Below, one piece after another: positions 46,227 through 59,829 of a stretch of 64,000 bases of DNA; positions within the stretch are counted from its first letter, which is position 1; each line of letters begins with the position of its first letter. This DNA is from the human T2T-CHM13v2.0 reference genome, Homo sapiens. Position numbers and translations under genes: made by a program. The stretch lies in NCBI RefSeq assembly GCF_009914755.1, contig NC_060945.1, one strand, 5' to 3'. A model generated the notes under the pieces. It was not told the DNA's origin, searched no databases, and saw nothing but the letters and a program-made list of their open reading frames with translations.

Positions 46227-48170
46227 TCAGGGATGGTTTAACATATGTGAGTCAATAAATGTGATACAACAGATAAACAGAATTAAAAACGAAAATCACA
46301 TGATCATTTCAATAGATGCAGAAAAAGCATTCAACAACATCTAGCATCCCTTTATAGTTAAAACTCTCAACAAAATCAGCATACAAGGGACATACCTTAA
46401 TGTAATAAAAGCCATCTACAACAAACTCACAGCCAACTTAATACTGAATGGTAAAAGTTGAAAGCATTCCCTCTGAGAACAGGAACAAGGCAAGGATGCC
46501 CACTCTCACCACTCCTCTTCAACATAGTACTGGATGTCCTGACCAGAGCCATCAGACAAGAGAAAGAAATAAAGCGCATTCAAATCAGTAAAGAGGAAGT
46601 CAAACTGTCACTGATTGCTAACAATATGATTGATTACCTTGAAAACCCTAAGGACTCCTCCAGAAAGCTCCTAGAACTGATAAAAGAATTCAGCAAAGTT
46701 TCCAGATACAAGATTAATGTACACAAATCAGTGGCTCTTCCATACACCAAGAGCAACCAAGCAGACAATCAAATCAAGAACACAACCCCTTTTACAATAG
46801 CTGCAAAAATAAAATACTTAGGAATATACTAACAAAGGAGTCAAAAGACCTCTACAAGGAAAACTATAAAACACTGCTGAAAGAAATCATAGACAACATC
46901 AACAAATGGAAACATATCCCATGCTCATGGATAGGCAGAATCAATATTGTGAAAATGACCATACTGCCAAGAGCAATCTACAAATTCAATGCAATCCCCA
47001 TCAAAATACCACCACCATTCTTCACAGAATTAGAAAAACAATTCCAAAATTCATACAGAACGAAAAAAGAGCCTGCAGAGCCAAAGCAAGACCAAGCAAA
47101 AAGAACAAATCTGGAGGCATCACACTATCTGATTTCAAACTATACTATAAGGCCATAGTTACCAAAACAACATGGTACTGGCACAAAAATAGGCACAAAG
47201 ACCAATGGAACAGAAGAGAGAACCCAGAAATAAACCCAGATACTTACAGCCAAATGATCTTTGACAAAGTAAACAAAAACATAAAGTGGGGAAACGACAT
47301 TCTTTCAACAAATGGTGCTGGGATAATTGCCTAGCCACATGTAGGAGAATTAAACTGGATCCTCATCTCTCACCTTATGCAAAATCAACTTAAGTTGGAT
47401 TAAGTCCTTAAACCTAAGACCTGAAACTATAAAAATTCTAGAAGATAACATTGGAAAAACCCTTCTAGACATTGGCTTAGGCAAGGATTTCATAACCAAG
47501 AACCCAAAAGCAAATGCAATAAAAACAAACATAAATAGCTGGGACCTAATTAAACTAAAGAGCTTTTGCATTGCAAACGGAACAGTCAGCAGAGTAAGCA
47601 GACAACTCACAAGTGGGAGAAAATCTTCACAATCGATACATCTGACAAAGGACTAATATCCAGAATCTACAATGAACTCAAATCACTAAGAAAAACAATC
47701 TTATCAAAAAGTGGGATAAAGACATGAATAGACAATTCTCAAAAGAAGATACACAAATGGCCAACAAACGTGAAAAATGCTCAACATTAATGATCAGGGA
47801 AATGCAAATCAAAACCACAACGCAATACTACCTCACTCCTGCAAGAATGGCCATAATCAAAAAATCAAAAACAGTAGATACTAGAATGGATGCAGTGAAC
47901 AGGGAACATTTCTACACTGTTGGTGGGAATGTAAACTAGTACAGCTGCTATGGAAAACAGTATGGAGATTCCTTAAGGAACTAAAAGTAGAAATACCATT
48001 TGATCCAGCAATCCCACTACTGAGTATCTACCCAGAGGAAAAGAAGTCATTATTCAAAAAAGACACTTGCACAAGCATGTTTATAGCAGCACAATTTACA
48101 ATTGCAAAATCGTGGAACTAACCCAAATGCCCATCAATCAATGGATGGATAAAGACACTGTGATAGATAC

Positions 48171-48643
48171 ATATATATATTATATATATAATATATAAAT
48201 AAATATTATATATTATATATAAATAAATATTATATATAAATAAATATTATATATTATATATTATATATATTATATATTATATAATAAATATTATATATAA
48301 TATATAATATATAATTTATATAATTATAATTTATATATAATATATAATATATAAATATATATTATAATATATATATTATATAATATATTATATATATTAT
48401 ATATTATATATATTTATATATATAATATATTATATATAATATATATTATATATTATATATAATATATATTATATATTATATATAATATATAATATATATT
48501 ATATATAAATATATATTATATATATAAATATTATATATTATATAAAATATTATATATAATATATAAAATATTATATATATAATATATATATTATATATAT
48601 AAAATATATATATTATATATAAAATATTATATATAATATATAT
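48171..48643. repeat. 473-bp pure A/T (TA-type) repeat
   Basis: No G or C seen between 48170 and 48644. Confidence 0.97.
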
Positions 48644-49750
48644 GATGGAATACTACATAGCCATAAAAATGAATGAATTAACAGCATCTGCAGTGACCTG
48701 GATGAGACTGGAGACTGTTATTCTAAGTGAAGTAACTCAGGAATTGAAAATCAAGCATCGTATGTTCTCACTGATATGTGGGAGCTAAGCTATGAGGACA
48801 CAAAGGCATAAGAATTATACGATGGACTTTAGGGAGTTGCGGGGAAGAGTGGGAGGGGATGAGGGATAAATAACTACAAATATGGTGCAGTGTATACTGC
48901 TCAGGTGCACCAAAATCTCACAAAATCACCACTAAAGAACTTACTCATGTAACCAAATACCACCTGTACCCCAATAATTTATGGAAAAATAAAAAATAAA
49001 AACAAAAACCCTTAGACTCCTAGGCTAGGAGAGCCCTGCTGAAAGACAACATTTCACACTTGTCTCAACTAATTGCTGGAGGAATTAGGCACATTCTGTG
49101 CAACTCCACTGGGAGAGACTCTTGGAAGCTTGAGGCTGCTTTCCTTTGGATTTAGTCACATGTGCCTATTCCCTTTGCTGATTTTGCTGTATATCTTTTC
49201 ACTACGATAAACTGTAACTGTAACTATTACAACTTTTGAGTTCTATGAGTCCTTCTAGAAAGTCACTGAACCTGGGGTGGTCTTAGGGATAGATGCCTGA
49301 CACACTATCCCAAAGGATAATTGTGAAGATTAAACAGCAACATGCATATCAAGCACTTGACATAATGGCTAGCCTAAAGTGTTCCATGGGTGTTATTGGC
49401 ATCATTATTATATATTACATTATTTATTCATATAAAATTATATCTTATTATATCACATGTATAACTACATAACTCAGTTTTCTATACACTATTAATAAAA
49501 GATTGAGATAATTCTTTCTTGTCTTATTTTTCCTTAAACATTTACCTCTCTCACCCTTTGTTGATTTAGCTGTATTTCTACTGAACACATGAACTAATAT
49601 CCTAACTTCTCAGACTATCAACAGATGCCATGAAATAATTGGATGCTTGTTAGCAACTGGCCTGATAGTATTTGATTGTGCTTTCTACTGTTCCTTCCTG
49701 ATGACTCGTAGAGGGTAGACCCAGACGATACCTGGAAATTATTTGCTCAT

Positions 49751-50300
49751 GTGGCAGTCACTGTTGATTGCCTACCCAAAGCCATTACTCCTTCTCCCCA
49801 CCTAACAGAAGCCGAGTTTTGTTCAGCAACAACGTGCCCAGTCACAGAGGATAAATCTTGGCTAGTCTAAGCTAGTGCTAGTAGTCGCATTTCCTTTTGC
49901 CAATGATTTATTTCAGGTGATCATGGGACCTCGTTATGAATGATGAGACAAAGGTAGAATATCCCAGTAAGCAACTGGGAAGATTTCCTCCTCTGATTGT
50001 ATACAGAGAATCAGGTAGATATTAGTTAGGAGGGTCCCTTTGCCTAACTTTGGAGATGGATATGTAAAAACCTGCTGCTAAGTGTGCAGTTGTTATCCCA
50101 AGTCTACAATGGGAGATAGCATCAAATTACTGGAGATGGAAGAATGGGAAGATAGACAGTTTGGTCTTGATAAAATTGTTGAACTGTAACTTTGTAACTA
50201 CTTATATTTAGACTTCCTTTAAATAAGAAAAGTAAATGTTCATTTTGTCTAGTCACTATTGGCTGAGTCTTCTCTTACATGAGACTAATAGTATCCTCAT
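49751..50300 (+). mobile_element. Old MLT1 (J/K-like) LTR
   Basis: tgtggcagtcactgttgattgcctaccc..cctaacagaagcc..tttagacttc..gtcactatt. Confidence 0.55.
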
Positions 50301-50359
50301 GAACTTGAAACACATGTGGTTTCAACACGCGTTTTGTAAAGACAAATTATGCACAGCCC

Positions 50360-50640
50360 TGTATTAGTCCATTTTCACACTGCTATAAAGATAGTACCTG
50401 AGACTAGGCAATTTGTAAAGGAAAAAGGTTTACTTGACTCACAGTTCTGCATGGCTGAGGAGGCCTGAGGAAACTTACAATCATGGCAAAGGCGAAGGGG
50501 AAGAAAGGCAATCATGAGAACTCACTTGCTATCCTAGAACAGCATGGGGGAAACAACCCCCATGATCCAATTACCTCCCACGAGGTCCCTCCCTTGACAT
50601 GTGGTGATTACAATTTGGATTACAATCCAAAACCATATTA
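50360..50640 (-). mobile_element. MSTA/THE1D-like LTR, internally deleted
   Basis: tgtattagtccattttcacactgctataaag..aaaccatatta; TSD agccc/agtcc; only ~280 bp. Confidence 0.88.
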
Positions 50641-51469
50641 AGTCCTTATCCGGGAATTCTGAAAAGGTAGCACATGTGCAATTCAAACTTAATGATCTTC
50701 TTCCAAAAAAGACATACTCAGTAATAACAAACTTCAATCAGAACCCAATTATTTTTGCAAAGAAAGGTAGGAAGATAGAACCAGAAAATTCTTTAGTCTT
50801 TTAAAGCATGTCATGGTCTCCTTTCAGCTTAAAGACCTTCTTGATTAAACATGAAATTTTCTGTGCAGATAAGCCAGTTCTGTGGATGTGAAGTCTGAGG
50901 AGTATATTTTATGTTTATAATGTGGATATTACTATTCATGGTTGGGAAATGAGAAATGAACAGTATTTTACATGCCATTATCCTTTGCCAATTTCTCTGA
51001 AGGGCATCCAGCTTCACATAGTAGTAAAATGTGTAATTCAGGACTGGGAAGCCGTATAATATGAAATTAGTGTTTTTAAGAAATTTTAAGGGAATCTGAA
51101 TTTTAAAATGCTCAAAAATAAAACATATATTTATATGCACTATTAGAGCACATTATAAGTGTGACTGTTTTTAAGTCAAAGTTTTAATAATCTATTGCTT
51201 ATTTAGGGATTATATAATACCTACTTCCAATATGTGAAGCAATAAGAGAAATGACAAAGGAATTATATATATATACACATTTAAACGTAATACATATACA
51301 CAAATTTCAAGCATATATATCCTCCATAGTGGTCAATTTGGTAAGCTTTAATTGTTTGAATTTCTCATTAGGAATTTTATTAACAGTCAATACCATCTGA
51401 TTTTAAATATCCTCAACAGTGGCTGATGGTCATTCTTTCAAAGCAGAGAAGCTATCCATCTGCTTTTTT

Positions 51470-52960
51470 CTCCACTCTTCATATTAGCCTAATTCCATAC
51501 TTCTCTCCCTGACCATGCAATCCTATACAGAAATGTGATGTAAGTCTACATATATAAGTATTATTGTTTATTCTACAAAAAGGGATCCTACAATTTCTAT
51601 ATCTTGTCTCCTCAAACTTTTGTGTGGAATACCTTGTGGAAATCACTACAGGTCAATAGGTATAGCACTAATCATTATTTTTAATGACATTTTTGCCACT
51701 ACAAACACATGGCCTTACATGTGAATATCTTTCTATGGAATAGAGTCCAAGAACTGGAATTGCTGGGCCAAGAAGCACACATATATTTTTAAATTTAATA
51801 GATGTTGGCAAATGGCTTTCCCAAAACCTATAACACCTCATATTTTTCCCAGCCATGAGACTAATCCCTTCCCTAAATCACCACCAGTAGTATTTATTAT
51901 AACTCTTCAATTTTTGTCATCTGATTGATGTAAAATTACACTTTCTTTTACTTTAATTTGCATTTTCCTTATTATAACAAACTTGAGAATCCTTCTATAT
52001 ATTTTTTGGACATATGGATTCATAATTCTTTGCCCATTTTTTAATTGGATTGTGTTACTTTTGGCCAAATGTTCAGCTATTTGAAAAAATCAGTTACAAA
52101 TATTTGTTGAAAATTGAATGTCTGTCTATTGTTTTATTTATGATATCCTTTGTGACATCAAGGTTCAAATATGTCTATCTTTTATAGCTTCTGGAAAAGA
52201 TGCTCTCAGTTCATACATTTTTCTACATTCAATTTTCTAGATCTTCTTGCAAGGCTTTTACAATTTTATTTTGACCATGTAAGCTTCTTAGCCATCTGGA
52301 ATTTATATTTAAAGGTAGAATAAAATGGTGATCCTCTTTTCTTTTCTTCCAGATGGATAATCAATTGTCCAAACATCATTTATCAAACAATTGATTCATT
52401 TCACACTAAAATGAACTACTACTTTGGAAATATATTAAACTCATCTATACTGGCTTCTATTTCTGCAATTTTTATTCCTTTCCCAACCACATGATTATGA
52501 TGCAGTAGTTTTATTATTTATACTAATATCCAGTAAGACAAGACCTCTCACTATTCCCCCTTTGCATATTTTCTTAGCTATTCTGAAGCATTTATTCTTC
52601 AGTATAAACTTTAACCTTCTTTGGCCAATCATACCTCCAAAGAATGCCAATTCTAATTTTACTGCCTTATGTTTATACACTCACTAGGTGTGTGTATTTA
52701 ATGCTTCTCTTCTTAAGTATTTCTATTCAATGTGATATGCCTTTCCATTTGTTCAAATCTTATTTTCTTTCAGTAAGATTTTCTATTTTTCTTTATGCAG
52801 TTTCTTTTCTTGTTTGATTTATTCCTAAGTATTTTATATTTTTCCAATAATTGTAAGTAGAAATTTTTTTCTCACTTCTATTTCTAAGTATTTTGTTAAC
52901 ACAGAGATAAACTAATGCTTTTTAAAAATTTATCTTCTATTCATCTCCTTACCAAATTCT
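51470..52960 (-). mobile_element. Ancient L1ME-like element (continues 55500-55960 and 63180-63660)
   Basis: gaactggaattgctgggcca, ttttaatttgcatttt.. and gatggataatcaattgtccaaacatcattta are antisense ORF2/3' sequence. Confidence 0.75.
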
Positions 52961-52961
52961 C

Positions 52962-53806
52962 TTTTTTTTCTTTAAAGTTTTTATTTTAAGTTCAAGGGGT
53001 ACGTGTGCAGATTTGTTACATGGGTAAATTGTGTGTCATGGGGGTTTCATGTATAGATAATTTTGTCACCCAGATAGTCAGCATAATACCCAATAGGTAG
53101 TTTTAGAATCCAAACCCTCGTCCCACCCTCTGCCCTCAAGTAGGCCCAGTGTTTATTGTTCCCTTCTTTGTGTCCATATGTACTCAGTGTTTAGCTCCCA
53201 CTTATAAGTGAGAATATGTGGTATTTAGTTTTCTGTCCTTACATTAGTTTGCTTCAGAGAATGGCCTCCAGCTCCATCCATGCTGCTGCAAAGAACATAA
53301 TCTTATTCTTTTTTATGGCCGCACAGTATTCCATGGTGTACATGTGCCACATTTTCTTTATCCAGTCTACCACTGATGGGCGTCTAGGTTGATTCCATGT
53401 CTTTGCTATTGTGAAAAGTGCTGCAATGAACATATGCATTCATGTGCCTTTATGGTAGAAATGATTTCTATTCCTTTGGATATATACCCAGTAATGGGAT
53501 TGCTGGGTCAACTGGTGCTTCTGCTTTAAATTCTTTGAGAAATCTCCACATTGCTTTCCACAATAGCTGAACTAATTTACATTCCCACCAGCAATATATA
53601 AGTGTTCCTTTTCTCTGTAACCTTGCCAGCATCTATTGTTTTTTGACTTTTTAACAATAGCCATTCTAACTAGTATCTTGGAATGGTATCTTGTTGGGGT
53701 TTCAATTCGCATCTCCCTAATGATTAGTAATATTGAGTATTTTTTCATATGTTTGTTGGCCACATGTATGTATTCTTTTAAGAAGTGTCCGTTCATGCCC
53801 TTTGTC
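52962..53806 (-). mobile_element. 5'-truncated L1 3' end (old L1PA type)
   Basis: MFIAALFTIAKTWNQP..WIKKMWHMYTMEY ORF2 C-terminus plus 3'UTR. Confidence 0.92.
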
Positions 53807-53807
53807 A

Positions 53808-55500
53808 ATTTTTTTTAACCTTTATTTTAGGTTCAGGGGTACATGTGCAGATTTGGTATATAGGTAAATTGTGTGTTGCAGGAGTTTGGTATACAGATTA
53901 TTTCATAACCCAGTGATAAGCATAGTATCTGATAGGTAATTTTTCAATCCTTGGCCTCCTCCCACCATCTACCCTCAAGTAAGCTCCAGTGTCTGTTGTT
54001 TCCATCTTTGTGTCCATGTGTACTCAATGTTAGCTCCCACTTATAAGCAAGAGTATGTGGCATTTGTTTTTCTGTTCCTGCATTAGTTCGCTTAGAATAA
54101 TGGCCTCCAACTCCATGCATGTTACTGCAAAGAACATTATCTTGTTCTTTTTTATGGCTGTGTAGTATTCTGTGGTATATATGTACCATATTTTCTTCAT
54201 CAGCTCCACCACTGACTGGCATCTAGGTTGATTCCATGTCTTTGCTATTGTGAATAATGCTGTGATGAATATATGTATGCATGTATTTTTAAGGCTAAAC
54301 AATTTATATTACTTTAGGTATATAACCAGGAATGGGATTGGTATTTCTGTTTAAGTTCTTTGAGAAATCTTCAGACCGCTTTCCACGGTGGCTGAATTAA
54401 TTTATATTCCCACCAGCAATGTATAAGCATTCCCTTTTCTCTGCAACCTCACCAGCATCATTTATTTCTTGACATTTAATAATAGCCATTCTGCCTGATG
54501 CAAGATGGCATGTCATCGTGATTTTGATTTGCATTTCCCTAATGATTAGCAATGTTGAGCATATTTTCATATGCGTTTTGGCCATGGTTACATCTTCTTC
54601 TGAAAAGTGTCTGTTCATGTTCTTTATCCACCTTTTAACAAAGTTATTTGCTTTTTGCTTGTTAATTTAATTTCCTTATAAATTCTGGATATTAGATATT
54701 TTTCAGATGCATAGTTTGCAAATATTTTCTCCTATTCAGTAGGTTGTTTGTTTACTCTGTTAATAGTTTCTTTTGCTGTGCAGAAGCTCTTTCATTTAAT
54801 TATGTCCCATTTATCAATTTTTGTTTTTGTTGCAATTGCTTTTGGCATCTTCATCATGAAGACTTTGCCATGGCCAATGTGCAAAATGCTATTTCCTAGA
54901 TTTTCTTCTAGGATTTTTATAGTTTTAGGTTTTACATTTAAGTCTTTAATCCACCTTGACTTGATTTTTGTGTATGGTAAAAGGTAGGAGTCCAGTTTCA
55001 GTTTTCTGTATGTGGCTAGCCAGTTATCCCAGCACCATTTACAGAAGAGAGAGAGTCTTTCCCCATTGCTTGCTACTGTTGACTTTGTCAAAGACCAGAT
55101 AGTCGTAGATGCGAAACTTTATTTCTGGGTTCTCTAACCTGTTCCATTGGTCTGTCTGTATGCTTTTGTACTAGTACCATGCTGTCTCAGTTACTGTAGC
55201 CTTATAGTACAGTTTGAAGTCAGGTAGTGTGATGCCTCCAGCTTTGTTCTTTTTGCTTAGGATTGCTTTGGCTATTCGAGCTCTTTTTTGGTTCCAAATG
55301 AATTTTAGAACAGTCTTTTCCAATTCTGTGGAAAATGTCATTGACAGTTTGACAGGAATAGCATTCATTCTATAAATTGCTTTCAGTATTATGGCCATTT
55401 TAACAATATTGATTCTTCCTATCCATGAGCATGGAATGTTTTTTCATTTGTTCATGTGGTCTCTGATTTCTTTCAGCCATGTTTTGTAATTCTAACTGTA
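53808..55500 (-). mobile_element. Second 5'-truncated L1 3' end (old L1PA type)
   Basis: [36 protein letters not shown]..; has its own 3'UTR. Confidence 0.92.
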
Positions 55501-57175
55501 GAAAATTCTTATTTTTAAATCTAGTAATATTTACTACGGTTTCTTGAATTTTCTAGGCATACAATATTATCAACAAAAAGAGATCATTTGATCTCTTTTT
55601 TGTAAGTTTATATCGGTTTTTTAAATTTTCTTATCTTACTACATTCAGTAGCCCTTCTGAGGTAATGTTAAATAGAATGATAATGAGTGTCCTCCTCTAG
55701 TAACTAATTTAATTAAAATAGTTTTAGCATTTTAAAATTTAAAGAATTTTCTGAATGGCTTTATGTTTTCTAATTTTAATACATTCTCTTTTACTTAGCA
55801 ATGTTATTAGAAACAATTCATTTCTTTCAAACTCCTTTAGGCATCTATTGATAAAACTATAGTTTTCCTTTAATGTGTTGTTATAACAGATTATGTTTAT
55901 AAAATTTCCTAATATTCAACAACTGAAAATCTAAAAAACCCACTGTGTGAAATGCATTTTTCCACCCACTGCTGTGCCACCACCACCAACTATGAATACA
56001 CACATGGAGGCCAGCAGTCTTACACCCATCAGTATCCCACCCCAGTCACTGCCAGTGTGAGTGCAAGCACAGACACCAGCAACCCTGCCCCTGCCTGCGC
56101 TCTGCCACTGGTATGAGTGCACGCAGGAACTCTGCAGCCCCACTCCCGCCAGTACCCCACCCCAGCTGACACGCATACACCCCACTGTGCTGCCCCAGCT
56201 GCTGGCATGTGTGAGTTAGCACAGATCCTACAGCCACCACCCTGACAACATGCTTTGGCTACGACCACCCATCAGAGTGTTGTGGCCAGTGGACTGGGAA
56301 GACCTCAGCCCCTCCGGTACAGAAGGTTCCTAACTTTGAGGGGCCAGAGAACAAAAGCCAGGGGCCCAGTACCAGCCCCCCAGAGTTATAGTATGCAGAC
56401 CAGGAGTGCCGAGCTGAGGTTTGGCTCCCTGGTATCTTCCAGCAAAGAAAAAAACCCAGTCAGCTGAACCCACATTATACTACAATCAAACTCCCAGAGC
56501 ATCAAAAAAGATAAAAGCAAAAAAACAACAACAACAAAAAAAAACCCATCCAAAGGACATCAACTTCAAAGACTGAAGGAACATCAGGCCACACAGATGA
56601 GAAAGAACCAGAGCAAGAACTCAGGAAACTCAAAAAGCCAGAGTGTCTTCTCACCTCCAAATGTCTGCACTAGTTCCCTAGCAGTGATTCTTAACCAGGC
56701 TTAAATGGTTGACAGAAATATAATTCAAAATATGGTTAGGAACAAAGATCATCGACATCCAAGAGACAGTCAAAACCCAATCCAAGGAATCTGAGGAATT
56801 CAATAAAATGATATGAGAGGTAAAACACGAAATCGCCATTTTAAGAAAAAAAGAAACGGATCTGATACAGCTGAAAAACTCACTTCAAGAATGTCATAAT
56901 ACAATAGTAAGTACTGACAGCAGAATAAAACAAGCTGATGAAAGAATCTCAGATATTGAAGACCAGTTCTCCAAAATTACTTAGACAAAAATAAAGAAAT
57001 AATAAAGAAGAATGAATAAAACCTCCAACAAATATGGGATTATGTAAAGGGACCAAATCTATGACTCATTGGCATCCCTGAGAAAGAGAGAAAGCAAGCA
57101 ACTTGGAAAACATATTTGAGGATATCATCCATGAAAATTCTCCTAACCTAACTAGAGAGGAAACATTCAAATTAA

Positions 57176-57683
<508 letters not shown>

Positions 57684-57989
57684 TCAGCATTCTTATGGAA
57701 AAGAAATTCCAACCAAGAATTTTACATGGAGCCAAACTAAGCTTCATAAGTGAAGGGGAAATAAACTCTTTTTCAAATAAGCAAATGCTAAGGTGATTTC
57801 TTACCACCAGACCTGCCTTACAAAAGGTCCTTAAGGGAGTGCTAAATATTGGAACAAAAGACCATTACTGGCCACCACAAAAACACACTTAAGTACAGAA
57901 ACCATTGTGTTAGTCAGGGTTCTCTAGAGGGACAGAACTAATAGGATAGATGTGCATATAAAAGGGAGTTTACTAAGGGGAGTTTATTA

Positions 57990-59813
57990 ACCAGGCCCTT
58001 GTCTTCTCTTCCTCTATCGATTGATTATAGTGAACTCCCCAAGAAGCTATCAGTGCAGGCTGGGGAAGAGAAGGGGAGAGAAGGAAGGGTGGCAGGAGTG
58101 GAGACCATGGGCATTTGAGCCACTTCCTCCTGTAACTTACTTGTGCCCAGATGCATATATACCACTTCCATCTGATAACGGAATGATGCTGTGCACACCC
58201 CACCTATGGCTAGATGGGTCAGAAAACACCCAGTTCTTGATAGGCAGTTCAGGTCGCATGGTGACTTGATGACCCATAATCTAACATTCAGTTTCTACCA
58301 AAGCCCAGTAACAGGCCAAGAACTGTTTCTCAAAAGGAGAGTAGTTATCTGCAGAAGATGGCAGGGCCTTACTCCAAATCCTAGAGGCTGCCACTGTGTT
58401 TCACCTACAGGGGCCTGCCAAAGGCTCCAAACGGCATCCCTATCTGCCACCGACACCTCAAGCACCATTGGATCTGATGGGTCATATGGCCCAAGTGTAA
58501 GAACAGCTTGCACAGCAGCCTGGACCTGTTGCAGAACCTTCTCTTGTTCTGGACCCCACTGAAAAATGGCAGCCTGTCAGGTCACTGGATAAATCGGCCA
58601 GAGTAACACACTTAAATGAGGGATGTGTTGCCTTCAAAATCCAAATAGGCCCACTAGGAGTTGTGCCTTTTTCTTGGTTGTCGGAGGGGCCAAATGCAGC
58701 AACTTATCTTTTACCTTAGAAGGAATATCTCGACAGGCCCCACATCACTGAACCATTAGAAATTTTGCTGAGGTAGAAAGTCCCTAAATTTTAGTTGGAT
58801 TTATTTTCCATCCTCTGGCATGCAAATGTCTCACCAATAAGTCCAGTGTGTTCACTACTTCTCACTCACTGGATCCAATCAGTATAATGTCATCAATGTA
58901 ATAGACCAGTGTTATATCTTATGGAAGGGAAAAGTGATCAAGGTCTCTCCAAATAAGACAATGACACAAAGTCAGAGAGCTAATACACCCTGATGTAGGA
59001 CAGTAAAGGTATACTGCTAGCCTTGCCAGCTGAAGGGAAATTGCTTCTGGTTGGCCTTATGGACAGGAATGGAGAAAAAGTTATTTGCCAAGTACCTGGT
59101 ACATACCAGGTACCAGGAGATGTGTTAATTTGCTCAAGCAATGAAACCACATCTGGTACAGCAGCTGCACTTGTAGTCACCTCTTAGTTAAGCTTACGAT
59201 AATCCACTATCATTGTCCAAGATCCATCTGTCTTCTGTACAGTCCAAACGGGAGAGTTGAAAGGGGATGTGGTGGCGATCACCATCCCTGCATCTTTCAA
59301 GTACTTGATGGTGGCACTAATCTCTGCAATCCCTCCAGGGATGAGATATTGTTTTTGATTTACTATTTTTCTAGGTAGAGGCAGCTCTAATGACTTCCAT
59401 TTGACCTTTTCCACCATAATAGCCCTCACCCTATCAGTCAGGGAGCCAATGTGTGGGTTCTGCCAGCTGCTAAGTATGTCTATGCCAATTATGCATTCTG
59501 GCACCGGGGAAGTGACCACAGGATGAGTCCCGGGACACACTGGACCCACTTTAAGTCAGACCTGGGCTAAAACTTCATTAATTACCTGACCTCCATAAGC
59601 CCCTACTTTAACTGGAGAACGACAATGACATTTTGTGTCCCCTGGAGTCAATGTCAGCTCAGAGCCAGTGTCCAGTAGTCCCTGAAATGTCTGATCATTT
59701 CCATTTCCCCAATCCACAGTTGCCCTGGTAGAAGCTAGAGGTGTCCTTGGGAAATGATTGGAGAAAGAATTAACAGCATAAATTGTCAGTAGTGTAGTGG
59801 GGTCCTTACACAA
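57990..59813 (-). pseudogene. pol: HERV-L protease/reverse transcriptase remnant
   Basis: GLLDTGSELT (aspartic protease), [27 protein letters not shown] (RT), YIDD codons at 58889-58900; fragmented ORFs. Confidence 0.9.
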
Positions 59814-59829
59814 AAAGACCCGACCTCTC

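Noticed and set aside
55960-56460. GC-rich stretch as a gene promoter or CpG island
   Set aside because: It is an old L1 5'UTR and is CpG-depleted.
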